NCBI GenBank assembly: GCA_011364925.1
Contig: RDOA01000005.1
Span: 1-64,000, forward strand
DNA from: Promethearchaeota archaeon
GTDB taxonomy: Archaea > Asgardarchaeota > Lokiarchaeia > Sigyniarchaeales > SOKP01
DNA length: 64,000 nt
Reading direction: 5' to 3'
A model generated the notes under the pieces. It did no database searches and was not told the DNA's origin. It saw only the letters and a list, made by a program, of their open reading frames with translations. Every line of letters starts with the position of its first letter. Position 1 is the first letter of the stretch. Of this stretch, positions 45,999-56,687 are shown one piece after another. The position numbers and the translations under genes are program-made.

Positions 45999-47393
45999 TT
46001 AATAGTTTTGAACTTTCACTTTGGTTCTTAAAAAAGCCAATGGAATTAATGAGATAATTGCAAGAAAACCAACGGTTATAATCAGGATTTCCATTTGAAT
46101 GAAAGCTGATAAGTAAGTCCCTAAAGGTAAAAAAATTACACAACTCAACGCGTAGGATATTTTTAAGCACTGGAATTTGAAAGTTTTGTACTTCCCTTTA
46201 TTAGAAATAGCCATCATTAAAGACATGTAATTTAACATCATAACCCCGGCTATAACTTGAATAAATCCCTGAATTATCATTAAGCATAGAAAATTTGAAA
46301 ATGCCATCATGAAAGTCAAAACAATGTATAAACCAACTGTAAGGGAAATGATCCGTTTTTTATTAGATAATTTTAACTTCTCTACTACTTCTTCTTGATT
46401 AAATTCCCTAATGTTTAATTGATGACGGTTTTCTGATATGATTCTCTCAATTTTCTTGTTTTTTCGATTTGAAATTCGCTGTCCTACAATCCAACCGCCA
46501 ATGTTAAGCAAAATTAATCCAATATAAAATAATGAGTATATGTTAAAACCATCTTCGCCGAATCTAGTCAAAATCCATGAAGAAAAAGGAAATTGATACA
46601 ACTTATCGCTCCAAATTAGTAAGTAAGATAAAAAAAGGAGGATAAAATTTAATATGCTAGTTCCTCTTGAACTTTTAGCCACACTCTCCGACCTTTCTAA
46701 GCTTATCTCTATTTTTTTATCGCTTTCTTTTATCAGAAGAACCGAGAAAACAATTGGAAGAGAACACAAGAATCCAAGAAAGAAGAAAGTGTTCCATTGA
46801 TCTACATTAAAGATATTAGAAACAGTAAATAGAAAAACAACTGAAGGTATAAACGAACCGATGTTAGAAGAAATATTAATTGCTGCTAAATTACCATCCT
46901 TCACACTTTCATTAATAGAAAGGTCAATTATCAATTTTGAGACAATTACTTTGATAAACTCTTGAGCTAGAAGGTTTAAAGCTAAGAAAAGACCAAAAAG
47001 ACCGATATTGCTTCCGTTAAATACAGAACATAAGAAACTCACCAAGAATAAAGCGCTTGAAGCTATTAGGATAACTCTCTTATTCTTAGAGTATCTGTCG
47101 AATACGAAGCCTAAAAACGGACTTAAAAACATAACGAGGTAAATAAACACCTGAATAAAAGCTAACTGACCTCTATCAGTCAACAATATGTTAAGTAGAA
47201 AGGTAGGGATGTATACTACTAAATAAATCCTTATCACATTTATTGCAAAATAGAGCATAAAAAATCCAATATAGTTGATTCTTTTATCGTTTCTTTTATG
47301 AATACTTCTAAAAGGTTTAAAATTCCATTTATACTCAAGTTCTGCACTTTCAATTGATTTATTCATTGTTGTTCTAATTCTATTAATAACCAT
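45999..47393 (-). CDS. MFS-like transporter
   Basis: About 12 hydrophobic segments, GFVFDRYSKNKR motif-A-like. Confidence 0.75.
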   Translation of the reverse strand: MVINRIRTTMNKSIESAELEYKWNFKPFRSIHKRNDKRINYIGFFMLYFAINVIRIYLVVYIPTFLLNILLTDRGQLAFIQVFIYLVMFLSPFLGFVFDRYSKNKRVILIASSALFLVSFLCSVFNGSNIGLFGLFLALNLLAQEFIKVIVSKLIIDLSINESVKDGNLAAINISSNIGSFIPSVVFLFTVSNIFNVDQWNTFFFLGFLCSLPIVFSVLLIKESDKKIEISLERSESVAKSSRGTSILNFILLFLSYLLIWSDKLYQFPFSSWILTRFGEDGFNIYSLFYIGLILLNIGGWIVGQRISNRKNKKIERIISENRHQLNIREFNQEEVVEKLKLSNKKRIISLTVGLYIVLTFMMAFSNFLCLMIIQGFIQVIAGVMMLNYMSLMMAISNKGKYKTFKFQCLKISYALSCVIFLPLGTYLSAFIQMEILIITVGFLAIISLIPLAFLRTKVKVQNY

Positions 47394-47532
47394 AATTCTC
47401 CATCAACATTGTGAGTTTAATTACTTAATTTAAATCGAACTTCAAGCTTATAAACTGCACAAAAAAGTGGATCTCAATATGTAATAAGTTAAATTAAGAC
47501 TAGATTGGAATGAAAACTCCTACTTTTCATAC

Positions 47533-47598
47533 AAAAAAAGAGAAAAATATGGTTTTCCCGCTTTGAGTTATATGAAAACTCATAACGCGGGAAAAGCA
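47533..47598 (-). terminator. Strong hairpin followed by U-rich tract
   Basis: TTTTCCCGC (47553-47561) / GCGGGAAAA (47587-47595) with inner TGAGTT/AACTCA, then TTTTTCTCTTTTTTT on the minus strand. Confidence 0.5.
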
Positions 47599-47913
47599 TT
47601 TAAGGACAAATTCCGCTATTCCCAGGCATTTACATAACCTCAACAAATTGTTAACTGGAGTAAACATAAATCAAATTAAATCGCTCTTAGAATTATTAGC
47701 GATTTTATAAAACTGTTCCATGTCAACTTTATTTTATGAACTTTATATATAAACATAAAGAAAATACAATGCGATATAATAGCAAATAATTGTAGTTTAA
47801 ATAGTTTAACAAAAAGGAAGCTATTTTTAAATTTGAAAATCAGCGACATGACAAAATATAAATAAATAGATACACCAAATAAATTTATAATCCTAAATTT
47901 CCAAAGATATTAG

Positions 47914-50900
47914 ATGAGAAAGCTTAGTATTGATTTTTTACTTAGTACTCCAGTAGAAAAGTTAGTAGAAAACATAGATTCTTTCTTTAAAAAACTTCTT
48001 CAAGAACTTGAATCTTATCTTAATTTAGAACCAATCAATTATAAAATTGAGATATCCATTAAGCAAGAAGAAGTAGTTGAAAATAAATTCCAATCAGATG
48101 TTTTCTCTATTGGAGTAGATAGGTTTATTGAAAATAATGTGCTTAAATTGCATTTTTATATAAGTTTCCTTAAATTTTTTCCCATTCTTCTGCTGAGGGA
48201 GGCATATAAATGCTTTATTCCATTCGAAGCCTCTCGGATGAAAATTATTGAAATCTTTATCAATCAAAAAGTACTTATCGATCTCGAGACTTTAAACTCA
48301 ATAGAAAAATGGAACTCATTCATTCTAAATAAACTTGTTGATTATGAATTCATATCCCATGAATATAATCGCCTAGATAATTTTTTAAAACAGGAAAGCT
48401 CGGAAAAAGTTGACAGTCCATTTATTTATTTTTTTAAATATATAAGGAGAAACATCTCGATTATTAGTGAGGAGGATCCTAATTTCTACGATGCTTTTTT
48501 TAAAGAATATATGATGGTCTCATCAAAATCTTTATTTAATGATGAAATTGTTGAAACTATTAGAGTTCTTAATAAAATTTTCAACGAAGTTCAGTATTAC
48601 ACAGCGTTATTAGATTATCAACAATATTTTAGAGAATATAAAGATAAAGGATTCATTCAAACTGATTTAAGTTTAAATAAATTTACAGAAAATATGCAAT
48701 GGATAAAGCAATTTAGTACATTATCTCCAAGTTATAGAATAAATTGGCCTGCATTGAATATTTCTTCAATTAATTGTTATTTGAAATTCAATCCTATTCT
48801 AAATAAATCGAAAATAAATCAAATTTTCGAGGAACTCCCCTTCTTTGTTCTTCTTCGGGAATCTAGATACAGTTTTGCTTATGAAATGGATGGTTTTTTT
48901 GTCATTCCTAACCAATATGATACTGATTTAAAAAATTTCTTAAAAAGTCTCGAAGAAAATGGGTATGTCCTCAAAATTGAATTTACTCACTCAAAAAAAC
49001 ATGAAACCTTTGTTAATCTGAATTATTTTAGAGAATATCATAATAGAAAGACCATAGTTAATAAAGAACATAAAGTGTATGAAGATAAGTATGAATTGAG
49101 AAATTTTTTCGATTATGCAAACCAAGGACACAAATCAAAATTAACAATGCTCGATTGGTTAATTATTGATAGAATTCGATACTATTCGCAAACTGGATTT
49201 AATTTTGAAAGAAGAGCCGGTACTCTTAAACTTTTAAAGTCAGATCTTATGAATGAGGTCATTAGTCAAAGGAAATTTATTACTAACTTAAAATCTAATT
49301 TGCTTGTTATTCATTCCTCATCAGAACTTAGAAATAATTTTTTAGAATTTATTTCCAAAAATGAATCATTCGGATTTTTCTATATAAAAAAGGCTCTCTC
49401 TAAATATATCATTATATTTAATTTAATTAAGGAAATTCTTAGCAATAATTCTTCTATTCATAATGTTCAGGAGTTTTTTGAACATATCAAAAAACATGGT
49501 GTATCTTATTCAATTGAAAATAATCTAAGTTTTAATGACAAGCTGATTAAAAAGACAATTCTCACGCATTTCCTCCCATTATATTTTAAATCAAAGGAGG
49601 AATTTGATAAAGAAATAAAGAAATTTGGTTATTTTTTGAAAATCATTAATTCTTTCTATGATTTGAAGATCTTTAACTTACAATCCATTAGAATGATTGT
49701 CCAAAATGAATCTTTAATAAATACAATCTTTAAATCAAAAGAAAAAAAATTGAACAAGTCATATGAAAGTTATGAATTATCGGATATAACTTATCAATTG
49801 GTTGAAGAAAAGCTTGATAACTTTTTAAAAGATGTTCCCCCCGTTATTAAACCTGATTTAACTATTACAATCCCCTCAATAATGACCCCCTTTTTTGTTA
49901 TATTACTAAGAAATAATGTGGACACAGTTGAAAAACTAAAAAAAGTATCTTATATTGCTCAAAGAATGGAAATCATATCCAATGATCAATTGTATGTAGG
50001 TTTACTTATCCCTCACATAAATAGCGAGGAAAAACACACACTTATTTCAATACTCAGTAATCTTTTTGAAAATAATCTACTAAATGTTAAAAGATATATT
50101 TGGAGTGGTCATCAAAGAGCTTTCTCTAGAAAAGATTTTTATGATCTAGAACAAAAGGAGTTCTTTTATACTCATGACCTCTTTAGACAATATTTTTTGA
50201 ATGTCAAAGCGCTTCTTGGAGAAGTCCAAAAACCTATCTCAGAAGCAAAATCAATACACCATAATATTTTTTGGTCAAATAGAAATGATTTAAATTACCT
50301 CATTAAATTGATTGACAACCGCATAAGAATTGAAAATATCGATTTTAGATCAACTGAATTACGATTTCTTCTTGATTTTCATAATAATTTAGATAAAATA
50401 TTACAAAATCTTGATGAGTATAAAATTGCTCAACAACAATATTTTTTCAAAAATTATATTAACTCAATTGATTTCGTGCCTTCATTTCAGCATTTTGGCA
50501 TAAGTCAATATTTCTTATATTTTTATCCAACCCACATAAACCAAGTTGATTTTAAACTCTTATTAAATAACTCTTTTCAGTTAATTAGTTATCCCGCTCA
50601 GATTGATAACTCTAATTCCTTCTTATGTCAATATCTCTTTCCATATCGTAATCCTGGTGTATCCTCATACCTGAATTGGTTAACTAAATCAAAAAAAATC
50701 ATTAGAGAGTATTGTTTGTTTTTCATTAAGAAGATTTTTCAGATATTGCATTTCAATTACAATTTAAATCCAGATGGCTGGGATCTTGACCCTAATCGGT
50801 TTAAGATGTATTTTCAAAATATCTTGTTTAATCCAGAGTATAATGTCCAAATTCCCTATTTGAAGGAATTTAATATTGGGGATTTAAACAGTTCGAAATA

Positions 50901-51528
50901 TCTTGGACCCAATTCCCCTGAATTTAAAGCGTTATCCCAAATTTATAATTGGAAACCAATAGATATAAAATCTTACATCACCAGACGCTATTTTAAAATA
51001 ATTAGCAGTTTTGCTAGTTTATTAAAAAAAGGATTAATCTCTCCATATATATCTTTAAAGAATTTAGATATTGTGGATGAAATTACTATTATTTTACCGG
51101 CTGTTAAAAAGGAATTAAATGAAATAATTCAAAACATTTTCAGCTTTTTTAACATCGGGTTCGTTTACGAAATGGAAGGGGAATATTATATTCATGGATT
51201 TGAGGATGTTATAAAATTCGAGAATGGAATTATGATTAAATTATTTTTTCCCGACTGTCAAATTGATGAGTTTGAGAAACTTTTTGACTTATTATTTGAA
51301 TACATGGAAATTGATTATTACTTAATTTTACATGATTTAGTTGAAGGGAAGGCTTTACTTAAGAACACTTTTCAGAGTTTGAAATTCTTAGATACATATA
51401 ATCCATTAACCAATCTTATCTGGAACGATAAGGATAAGCGGTGGAGAAACCATAAACTTTTTGACGAAAATTTTAAGCCTGTTTATCCTGATTTGTTCTA
51501 TGGAAAAAATACATACAAATTAACCTAA
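47914..51528 (+). CDS. Large hypothetical protein with possible repeated Lrp/AsnC-like (wHTH-RAM) modules
   Basis: 1204-aa ORF; SPSYRINWPALNI, LTMLDWLIIDRI, DFVPSFQHFGISQY, SLLKKGLISPYI segments. Confidence 0.55.
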   Translation: MRKLSIDFLLSTPVEKLVENIDSFFKKLLQELESYLNLEPINYKIEISIKQEEVVENKFQSDVFSIGVDRFIENNVLKLHFYISFLKFFPILLLREAYKCFIPFEASRMKIIEIFINQKVLIDLETLNSIEKWNSFILNKLVDYEFISHEYNRLDNFLKQESSEKVDSPFIYFFKYIRRNISIISEEDPNFYDAFFKEYMMVSSKSLFNDEIVETIRVLNKIFNEVQYYTALLDYQQYFREYKDKGFIQTDLSLNKFTENMQWIKQFSTLSPSYRINWPALNISSINCYLKFNPILNKSKINQIFEELPFFVLLRESRYSFAYEMDGFFVIPNQYDTDLKNFLKSLEENGYVLKIEFTHSKKHETFVNLNYFREYHNRKTIVNKEHKVYEDKYELRNFFDYANQGHKSKLTMLDWLIIDRIRYYSQTGFNFERRAGTLKLLKSDLMNEVISQRKFITNLKSNLLVIHSSSELRNNFLEFISKNESFGFFYIKKALSKYIIIFNLIKEILSNNSSIHNVQEFFEHIKKHGVSYSIENNLSFNDKLIKKTILTHFLPLYFKSKEEFDKEIKKFGYFLKIINSFYDLKIFNLQSIRMIVQNESLINTIFKSKEKKLNKSYESYELSDITYQLVEEKLDNFLKDVPPVIKPDLTITIPSIMTPFFVILLRNNVDTVEKLKKVSYIAQRMEIISNDQLYVGLLIPHINSEEKHTLISILSNLFENNLLNVKRYIWSGHQRAFSRKDFYDLEQKEFFYTHDLFRQYFLNVKALLGEVQKPISEAKSIHHNIFWSNRNDLNYLIKLIDNRIRIENIDFRSTELRFLLDFHNNLDKILQNLDEYKIAQQQYFFKNYINSIDFVPSFQHFGISQYFLYFYPTHINQVDFKLLLNNSFQLISYPAQIDNSNSFLCQYLFPYRNPGVSSYLNWLTKSKKIIREYCLFFIKKIFQILHFNYNLNPDGWDLDPNRFKMYFQNILFNPEYNVQIPYLKEFNIGDLNSSKYLGPNSPEFKALSQIYNWKPIDIKSYITRRYFKIISSFASLLKKGLISPYISLKNLDIVDEITIILPAVKKELNEIIQNIFSFFNIGFVYEMEGEYYIHGFEDVIKFENGIMIKLFFPDCQIDEFEKLFDLLFEYMEIDYYLILHDLVEGKALLKNTFQSLKFLDTYNPLTNLIWNDKDKRWRNHKLFDENFKPVYPDLFYGKNTYKLT

Positions 51529-51622
51529 TAAATGTAGTTCTAAAACCTAAGACAAAATTGTAAAGAAAATTGAAATCAAAATTTCAAAAATAATAAAATC
51601 ATTCTAATTTTATTCTTAATGA

Positions 51623-53077
51623 ATGGTGCCCAAAAATCTAAGTTTTGACGAGTTCGATACAATCTTCAATCCAAAGCACATAGCGTTTGTTGGTGCGAGT
51701 GAAAAATCTCCCTTTGGAGCCATGTTGTATTTATCAGCCTTCAAAACCTCAAAATGGGTTAACACTTTTTACCCCGTAAATCCAAAATACGATAAGGTAC
51801 TCGATTGGAAGTGTTATTCCTCAGTCCTCGATATCCCATATCCTGTAGACGCGGTATACATATCAGTAAAGACTCAAAATATTCCAACTGTGTTAAGAGA
51901 TTGCGTGAAAAAGAACATTCCTTGGGTTATTATTTTTTCTTCTGGATTTTCTGAAACAGGCGATTTGACAGGATTAGAGTTAGAAAGAGAATTAAAAAGT
52001 ATAATACAAAATTCTAATACGAGAATTATTGGTCCAAATTGCTTAGGACCATTTAACGCAGCCGATGGTATGGCTTTTTCATTCGCTGCTAAAATAAATA
52101 CTCCTGGACAAGTATCATTTATGTCCCAATCTGGTGGTCATATGAGCCAATTGTTAGATACGGGCTATAAGAGGGATATAAGATTTAGATATGGTATATC
52201 GTTTGGAAATCAAATTGATCTCAATTGTCGTGATTTTTTAAGACATTTTCATAACGATGGGAAGACAAAAATAATCGCTGCTTATCTAGAGTCGTTTGGT
52301 TCAACGACGGGGCGTGAATTCTTTTTAGAGTTAAAAACGACGACTCTTTCCAAGCCAGTTATTATTTGGAAGGGTGGATATACTGCCGATGGTGTCAAAG
52401 CTGCGTTTTCTCATACTGGAGCCATTGCAAGTGATTTACGGTTGTGGGAGTCTATGGCTAAACAGACGGGAGCGATGATTGTCAAAGATAATGAGGAATT
52501 TTGGAACACTATTAAATGTTTTGAGTTATTATTCCCAAATTACATTCTAAATGGAAGAAATGTAGGAATTGTAACTCCTGGAGGAGGATCGAGCGTAAAT
52601 ACTACAGATCTATTCAATTATCATAACTTAAAAATTCCCGAATTAACAAAGGATTCACAGGATAAAATCAGCGAGATTCTTCCTTATGAAAATGTGAATG
52701 TAAAGAATCCCGTGGATTTGGGTGCACTTGGATTTGTTGTCCCCGTATTTATTAGTTGTATAGAAATCACAGTAAATGATCCCAACATTGATGTTGTTGT
52801 TATTCCGTTATGGCCTCATCTTATTTATACTCATGTTTTTCAGCAGATGATAAATATTCAAAAATCAACAGATAAACCATTTATATTTTGTTTACCGAGT
52901 ATCGCAGACTCCTCAGAACTTGCTCAGCGTTTTTCATCAGTTAAAAAAATACTTCATGCAGAACGTTCACTTTATTTCTTTTCATTAAGAGACGCTGCGA
53001 AAAGTTTGTCTCGCTATTGTGATTATATTGAATTTTTAAGAGCACGCGGAGTTGAAATATCAGAAAAAGAGAAATGA
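51623..53077 (+). CDS. Acyl-CoA synthetase (NDP-forming) alpha subunit
   Basis: FNPKHIAFVGAS, SSGFSE, IGPNCLG, SQSGG, SHTGAIA (phospho-His), NPVDL. Confidence 0.9.
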   Translation: MVPKNLSFDEFDTIFNPKHIAFVGASEKSPFGAMLYLSAFKTSKWVNTFYPVNPKYDKVLDWKCYSSVLDIPYPVDAVYISVKTQNIPTVLRDCVKKNIPWVIIFSSGFSETGDLTGLELERELKSIIQNSNTRIIGPNCLGPFNAADGMAFSFAAKINTPGQVSFMSQSGGHMSQLLDTGYKRDIRFRYGISFGNQIDLNCRDFLRHFHNDGKTKIIAAYLESFGSTTGREFFLELKTTTLSKPVIIWKGGYTADGVKAAFSHTGAIASDLRLWESMAKQTGAMIVKDNEEFWNTIKCFELLFPNYILNGRNVGIVTPGGGSSVNTTDLFNYHNLKIPELTKDSQDKISEILPYENVNVKNPVDLGALGFVVPVFISCIEITVNDPNIDVVVIPLWPHLIYTHVFQQMINIQKSTDKPFIFCLPSIADSSELAQRFSSVKKILHAERSLYFFSLRDAAKSLSRYCDYIEFLRARGVEISEKEK

Positions 53078-53082
53078 TTTCT

Positions 53083-53364
53083 CTACATTTTCTTTATCAT
53101 TTCTTTTAAGTAGAGTTTCATAAAATATCGTTCAATAGTACAATAATCTAATTTCTGGTTATTCGTCAATTTTTTATTATTGGATAAGAAAAAATGAATG
53201 TTAATTATCTTACCATAAACTTTCGTGAGTTTATTATTAAAATCTAGATTCGTAAAGTTGCTAACAGTAAGTTTTTCAAAAATTGGCTCACTAGGTATGT
53301 CATAAATCACTGGTTTATCTAAAATATCCATAGGATAGTTAAACTCTGTTTTTCCCGAACTCAA
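53083..53364 (-). CDS. Hypothetical protein
   Basis: 93-aa ORF with TTG start filling a gap; no recognisable motif. Confidence 0.4.
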   Translation of the reverse strand: MSSGKTEFNYPMDILDKPVIYDIPSEPIFEKLTVSNFTNLDFNNKLTKVYGKIINIHFFLSNNKKLTNNQKLDYCTIERYFMKLYLKEMIKKM

Positions 53365-53666
53365 TTCTTACACTTAGTTTCTATATTTATATCATTAAAC
53401 CCCTTTGTTCTTAGACCAGAAGCACTGATTCTAATTTTGTCGGTAATCTGCAATAAAGCCTACTAAATTGTCTATTATTAAGCGTACTTAGGGCTATAAT
53501 CTCAATTTTGCATATATTATTGTTTTTCTTATATTAAACGAAGAGTGAGCGCTATATTAAGGGGTTAATATCATTGAACTAAAATCTAAAATACAAGAGA
53601 AAGTAAATGTTAAAATAAATTCAATTGAATAATCAAAACTATGCTAAATTAATACGGAGATAAAAA

Positions 53667-54716
53667 TTGAAATTTATAACTGGACTTAAAGGATTTTTTA
53701 AAAGACCGTTGTATGTTTTTATCATAAGTGCGTTTACCCTTACTTGGATTCTTATTATAATAACTAAATACATCGCAAGTGTCTTAGTTAGCGTAATATT
53801 AGGATTATTCATTATTATCTTTGGAGGAAGTTTGTTATTTTTTTCATTGTTTTTGTTTTTCGTCTCCTTTTTTAAACAAATTAACAAAATGAAATGGTGG
53901 TTTTTTCTAATAGTCTATATAATTTCTCTAATTTTATCGTTATTCTCAAACCTCTTGTTTCGATCTATCTTTTCCCCTACCTCTGATCTATTTTTTATTA
54001 TTACTTTAACCGTTAATCAGTTTTTCACAGCGTTTTTCGCATTTAGACTCTGTATGAATTCTTCTACTAAGGTTGATGATTATCTCTATAAAAAAGAGAA
54101 ATCTCGAATTGTTACCAGGATTATTGAATTTTTACTTTTCGGCTTTTTAAACTGGTGGATTATTAGAATTACAGTTACTTTTTTCAGTTATACCCCAACT
54201 GTATTGTTAGTTACCGTAATACTAATGCTCTGGATAATGTTTTGGATTAATGTATGTTTATTAGGAGTTGCTATAATTAGACTAATAATAACTAAGGAGT
54301 TTACTGCCTATCTTACATTATTCTTTTTGCTTACTCTCTTCTATGCCTTGTACATTCTTGTTGATTATTTATATGGAGCTTTTTTCAGTACGGAATCTGG
54401 AGATCCGATTTATATTGTTAGTTCATTTATCATAGATTTTTTGTTATTCTTATATATCTTAGGTACGGTATATAGTAGGGTAGATTACATTAAATCCAAA
54501 ATAAAATTCCTAAACGTAGAAACAATAGCGTTATTTCTTATTATAATGAAAATCTATGTTCAAGTCTCTAAAATCGTTCCAAAAATTGTAACATTGGAGT
54601 GGCAGATCCTACAAGCTGGAGGGTTGTTTGTTATATTTGTGTTTTTCAACCTTCTTTTTGGAATTCACTCGGTCATAACCCATAAATATAAAAAGAAAAA
54701 TGAAAAAGAAAGTTAA
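53667..54716 (+). CDS. Hypothetical multi-pass membrane protein
   Basis: About 9-10 hydrophobic segments; GGAG before TTG. Confidence 0.75.
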   Translation: MKFITGLKGFFKRPLYVFIISAFTLTWILIIITKYIASVLVSVILGLFIIIFGGSLLFFSLFLFFVSFFKQINKMKWWFFLIVYIISLILSLFSNLLFRSIFSPTSDLFFIITLTVNQFFTAFFAFRLCMNSSTKVDDYLYKKEKSRIVTRIIEFLLFGFLNWWIIRITVTFFSYTPTVLLVTVILMLWIMFWINVCLLGVAIIRLIITKEFTAYLTLFFLLTLFYALYILVDYLYGAFFSTESGDPIYIVSSFIIDFLLFLYILGTVYSRVDYIKSKIKFLNVETIALFLIIMKIYVQVSKIVPKIVTLEWQILQAGGLFVIFVFFNLLFGIHSVITHKYKKKNEKES

Positions 54717-54720
54717 TTAT

Positions 54721-55242
54721 TTAGTACATTTCTGACTTCGAAAACAATAGCGCGAAACAACCGTAAAATATTCCGTTTACAACCCCGCTTATTAAGAATG
54801 CGATCAATGTCATAGTTGGGATGAGTACTGTTATACCATAAAAATTCAATAGTGTAACAGGATTTACGAACGCTAATACGCCTAAAGCTGCAGCACCAAT
54901 CAATGCAGCGAGCATCCAACCTCCAAAGCTACCTCCTTTACCGTCCCCCGTGCGTCCAGCTACTAATGCCGCAACAAATGGAGAAACTATAAATCCAATA
55001 TTTTGAATTAACGAAGCACCAAATAAACCGGAGGAAATATCAGTAAATATTGAAGTGATCACATTTCCCGGCATGTTAATAACAGGGCCGAAGAATATGA
55101 GTAATAAAATTAACGGATCGCTACTTATAGCGCTAAAAAGGAGGTTTAAATCACTACTTATAGTTTGCGCAATTATAACAAATAGGAAGTTTAAACCAAT
55201 AAAAGCCAGTAGACTGAAACCTAGCGCTTTACCTAGCCCGAT
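54721..55242 (-). CDS. Membrane protein; frame extends to a probable ATC start at 55242
   Basis: Open frame (M)GLGKALGFSLLAFIGLNFLFVIIA... continuous with the track ORF 54721-55074; TGA two codons upstream; GAGGT 9 nt upstream. Confidence 0.7.
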   Translation of the reverse strand: MGLGKALGFSLLAFIGLNFLFVIIAQTISSDLNLLFSAISSDPLILLLIFFGPVINMPGNVITSIFTDISSGLFGASLIQNIGFIVSPFVAALVAGRTGDGKGGSFGGWMLAALIGAAALGVLAFVNPVTLLNFYGITVLIPTMTLIAFLISGVVNGIFYGCFALLFSKSEMY

Positions 55243-55472
55243 TTTTCATCAACCTCTTTTTATAATCTATATTCAATTTAAATGTTTGATTCTATGTAAA
55301 AATTATTTAAATTTATTTATTTAAATTTAATTAAGTCCAATTTTTTATGTCGAATTTTATTAATTCTAGAAAATTAAGTTGAAAAAAGCCTTGAATTGGT
55401 GAAAATTACACAAATTTTTAGTAATTTCTTCTATATTTTAATAATTAGAATTTTTAATAATAATTTAAGGTT

Positions 55473-56510
55473 ATGAGAGAGAATCAAAATAAGTTCCATA
55501 TCGGGAAATTGAAACATCGTTTTCTCAAAGAAATGTTAGATAATTTTGTGTCATCTACACATTTAAAAAACAATCGAGTCGTTGTAGGCTCACAAATAGG
55601 AGAAGACGCTGCAGTGATCGATATGGGCGATAAGTATTTAGTTTCGAAAACAGATCCTATAACATTTGTAACAGATGAAATAGGATATTATGCGGTTCAC
55701 ATTAATGTTAACGATGTAGTATGCACAGGAGCAATACCAAGATGGTTTCAATCAACCATATTGTTACCTGCTGGACGAACTGATGCAGATTTAATTGAAT
55801 ATATATTTAAAAATATCCAAGATACATGTAGATCTTTAGGAATCACTGTAATTGGTGGACACACCGAAATTACAACAGGTCTTAATAGACCAATAATAAT
55901 TGGTTCCCTCCTCGGAGAAGTTGAGAAAGAGAAATTAGTGTTATCCTCTGGAGCAAAAGCAAATGATTCAATTATACTAACTAAGGGTATATTCATTGAA
56001 GGGACTTCGATAATAGCTCGTGAAAAAGAAACCATATTAAAACAAAAAGGTTTTTCTAATGATTTCATAGAAAAATGTAAAAATTTTCTGTATAATCCAG
56101 GTATTAGCGTTTTTAAAGAAGCAATCACATCTAACGATAATTTTCCTATAACATCTATGCACGATCCGACTGAAGGGGGTCTCTTTTGCGGACTTGCTGA
56201 GTTAGCAATAGCATCTGAATTAGGATTATCAATCAAAAAAGAACTCATCAATATCTTACCAGAACCGCTAGAACTAAGTAAAGTTTTTGAAATAGACCCA
56301 TATAGCACAATTTCTTCTGGATCTCTTTTAATTTCAATCAATGAGAAGTATAGCGAAGATTTAATTCATTTATTAAAAAAAAATGGGATTCTTGCTTCAA
56401 AAATCGGAAAATTTACATCAGCAAAAGAAGAATATTTTATCCTTGATGAAAATCGTAAGAAATTACCAATGAACTATACTGAAATTGACGAAATTACTAA
56501 AATTGTGTAA
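55473..56510 (+). CDS. AIR-synthase-related (PurM/HypE/ThiL superfamily) protein
   Basis: GEDAAVID, TDPIT, NVND, GGHTE, MHDPTEGG, SSGSLL. Confidence 0.88.
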   Translation: MRENQNKFHIGKLKHRFLKEMLDNFVSSTHLKNNRVVVGSQIGEDAAVIDMGDKYLVSKTDPITFVTDEIGYYAVHINVNDVVCTGAIPRWFQSTILLPAGRTDADLIEYIFKNIQDTCRSLGITVIGGHTEITTGLNRPIIIGSLLGEVEKEKLVLSSGAKANDSIILTKGIFIEGTSIIAREKETILKQKGFSNDFIEKCKNFLYNPGISVFKEAITSNDNFPITSMHDPTEGGLFCGLAELAIASELGLSIKKELINILPEPLELSKVFEIDPYSTISSGSLLISINEKYSEDLIHLLKKNGILASKIGKFTSAKEEYFILDENRKKLPMNYTEIDEITKIV

Positions 56511-56687
56511 AAAAATTAGTTTGGTAACATAAATTTTACTTTTTTAAATAAAGAGATTGGTTATTATGCTAATACTAAGATTTTTATTATTGAATTTTCA
56601 AAACTAATATATACGGGTGTATTTTAAAAATTAATAATAAAGGGTTGTTTTATCAAAATATATATGATTAATATACTAAATTAAATT

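Noticed and set aside
47527-47667. 46-aa minus-strand ORF overlapping the hairpin
   Set aside because: No SD, and it runs through the terminator-like structure and T tract; likely chance
55748-56341. 197-aa minus-strand ORF and other short nested or antisense ORFs (e.g. 12485-12841, 21102-21599, 31484-31786)
   Set aside because: They lie opposite well-supported genes and show no motifs
55473-56510. Selenophosphate synthetase (SelD) call
   Set aside because: Lacks the N-terminal Cys/Sec-x-x-Lys motif; fits the generic AIR-synthase-related family
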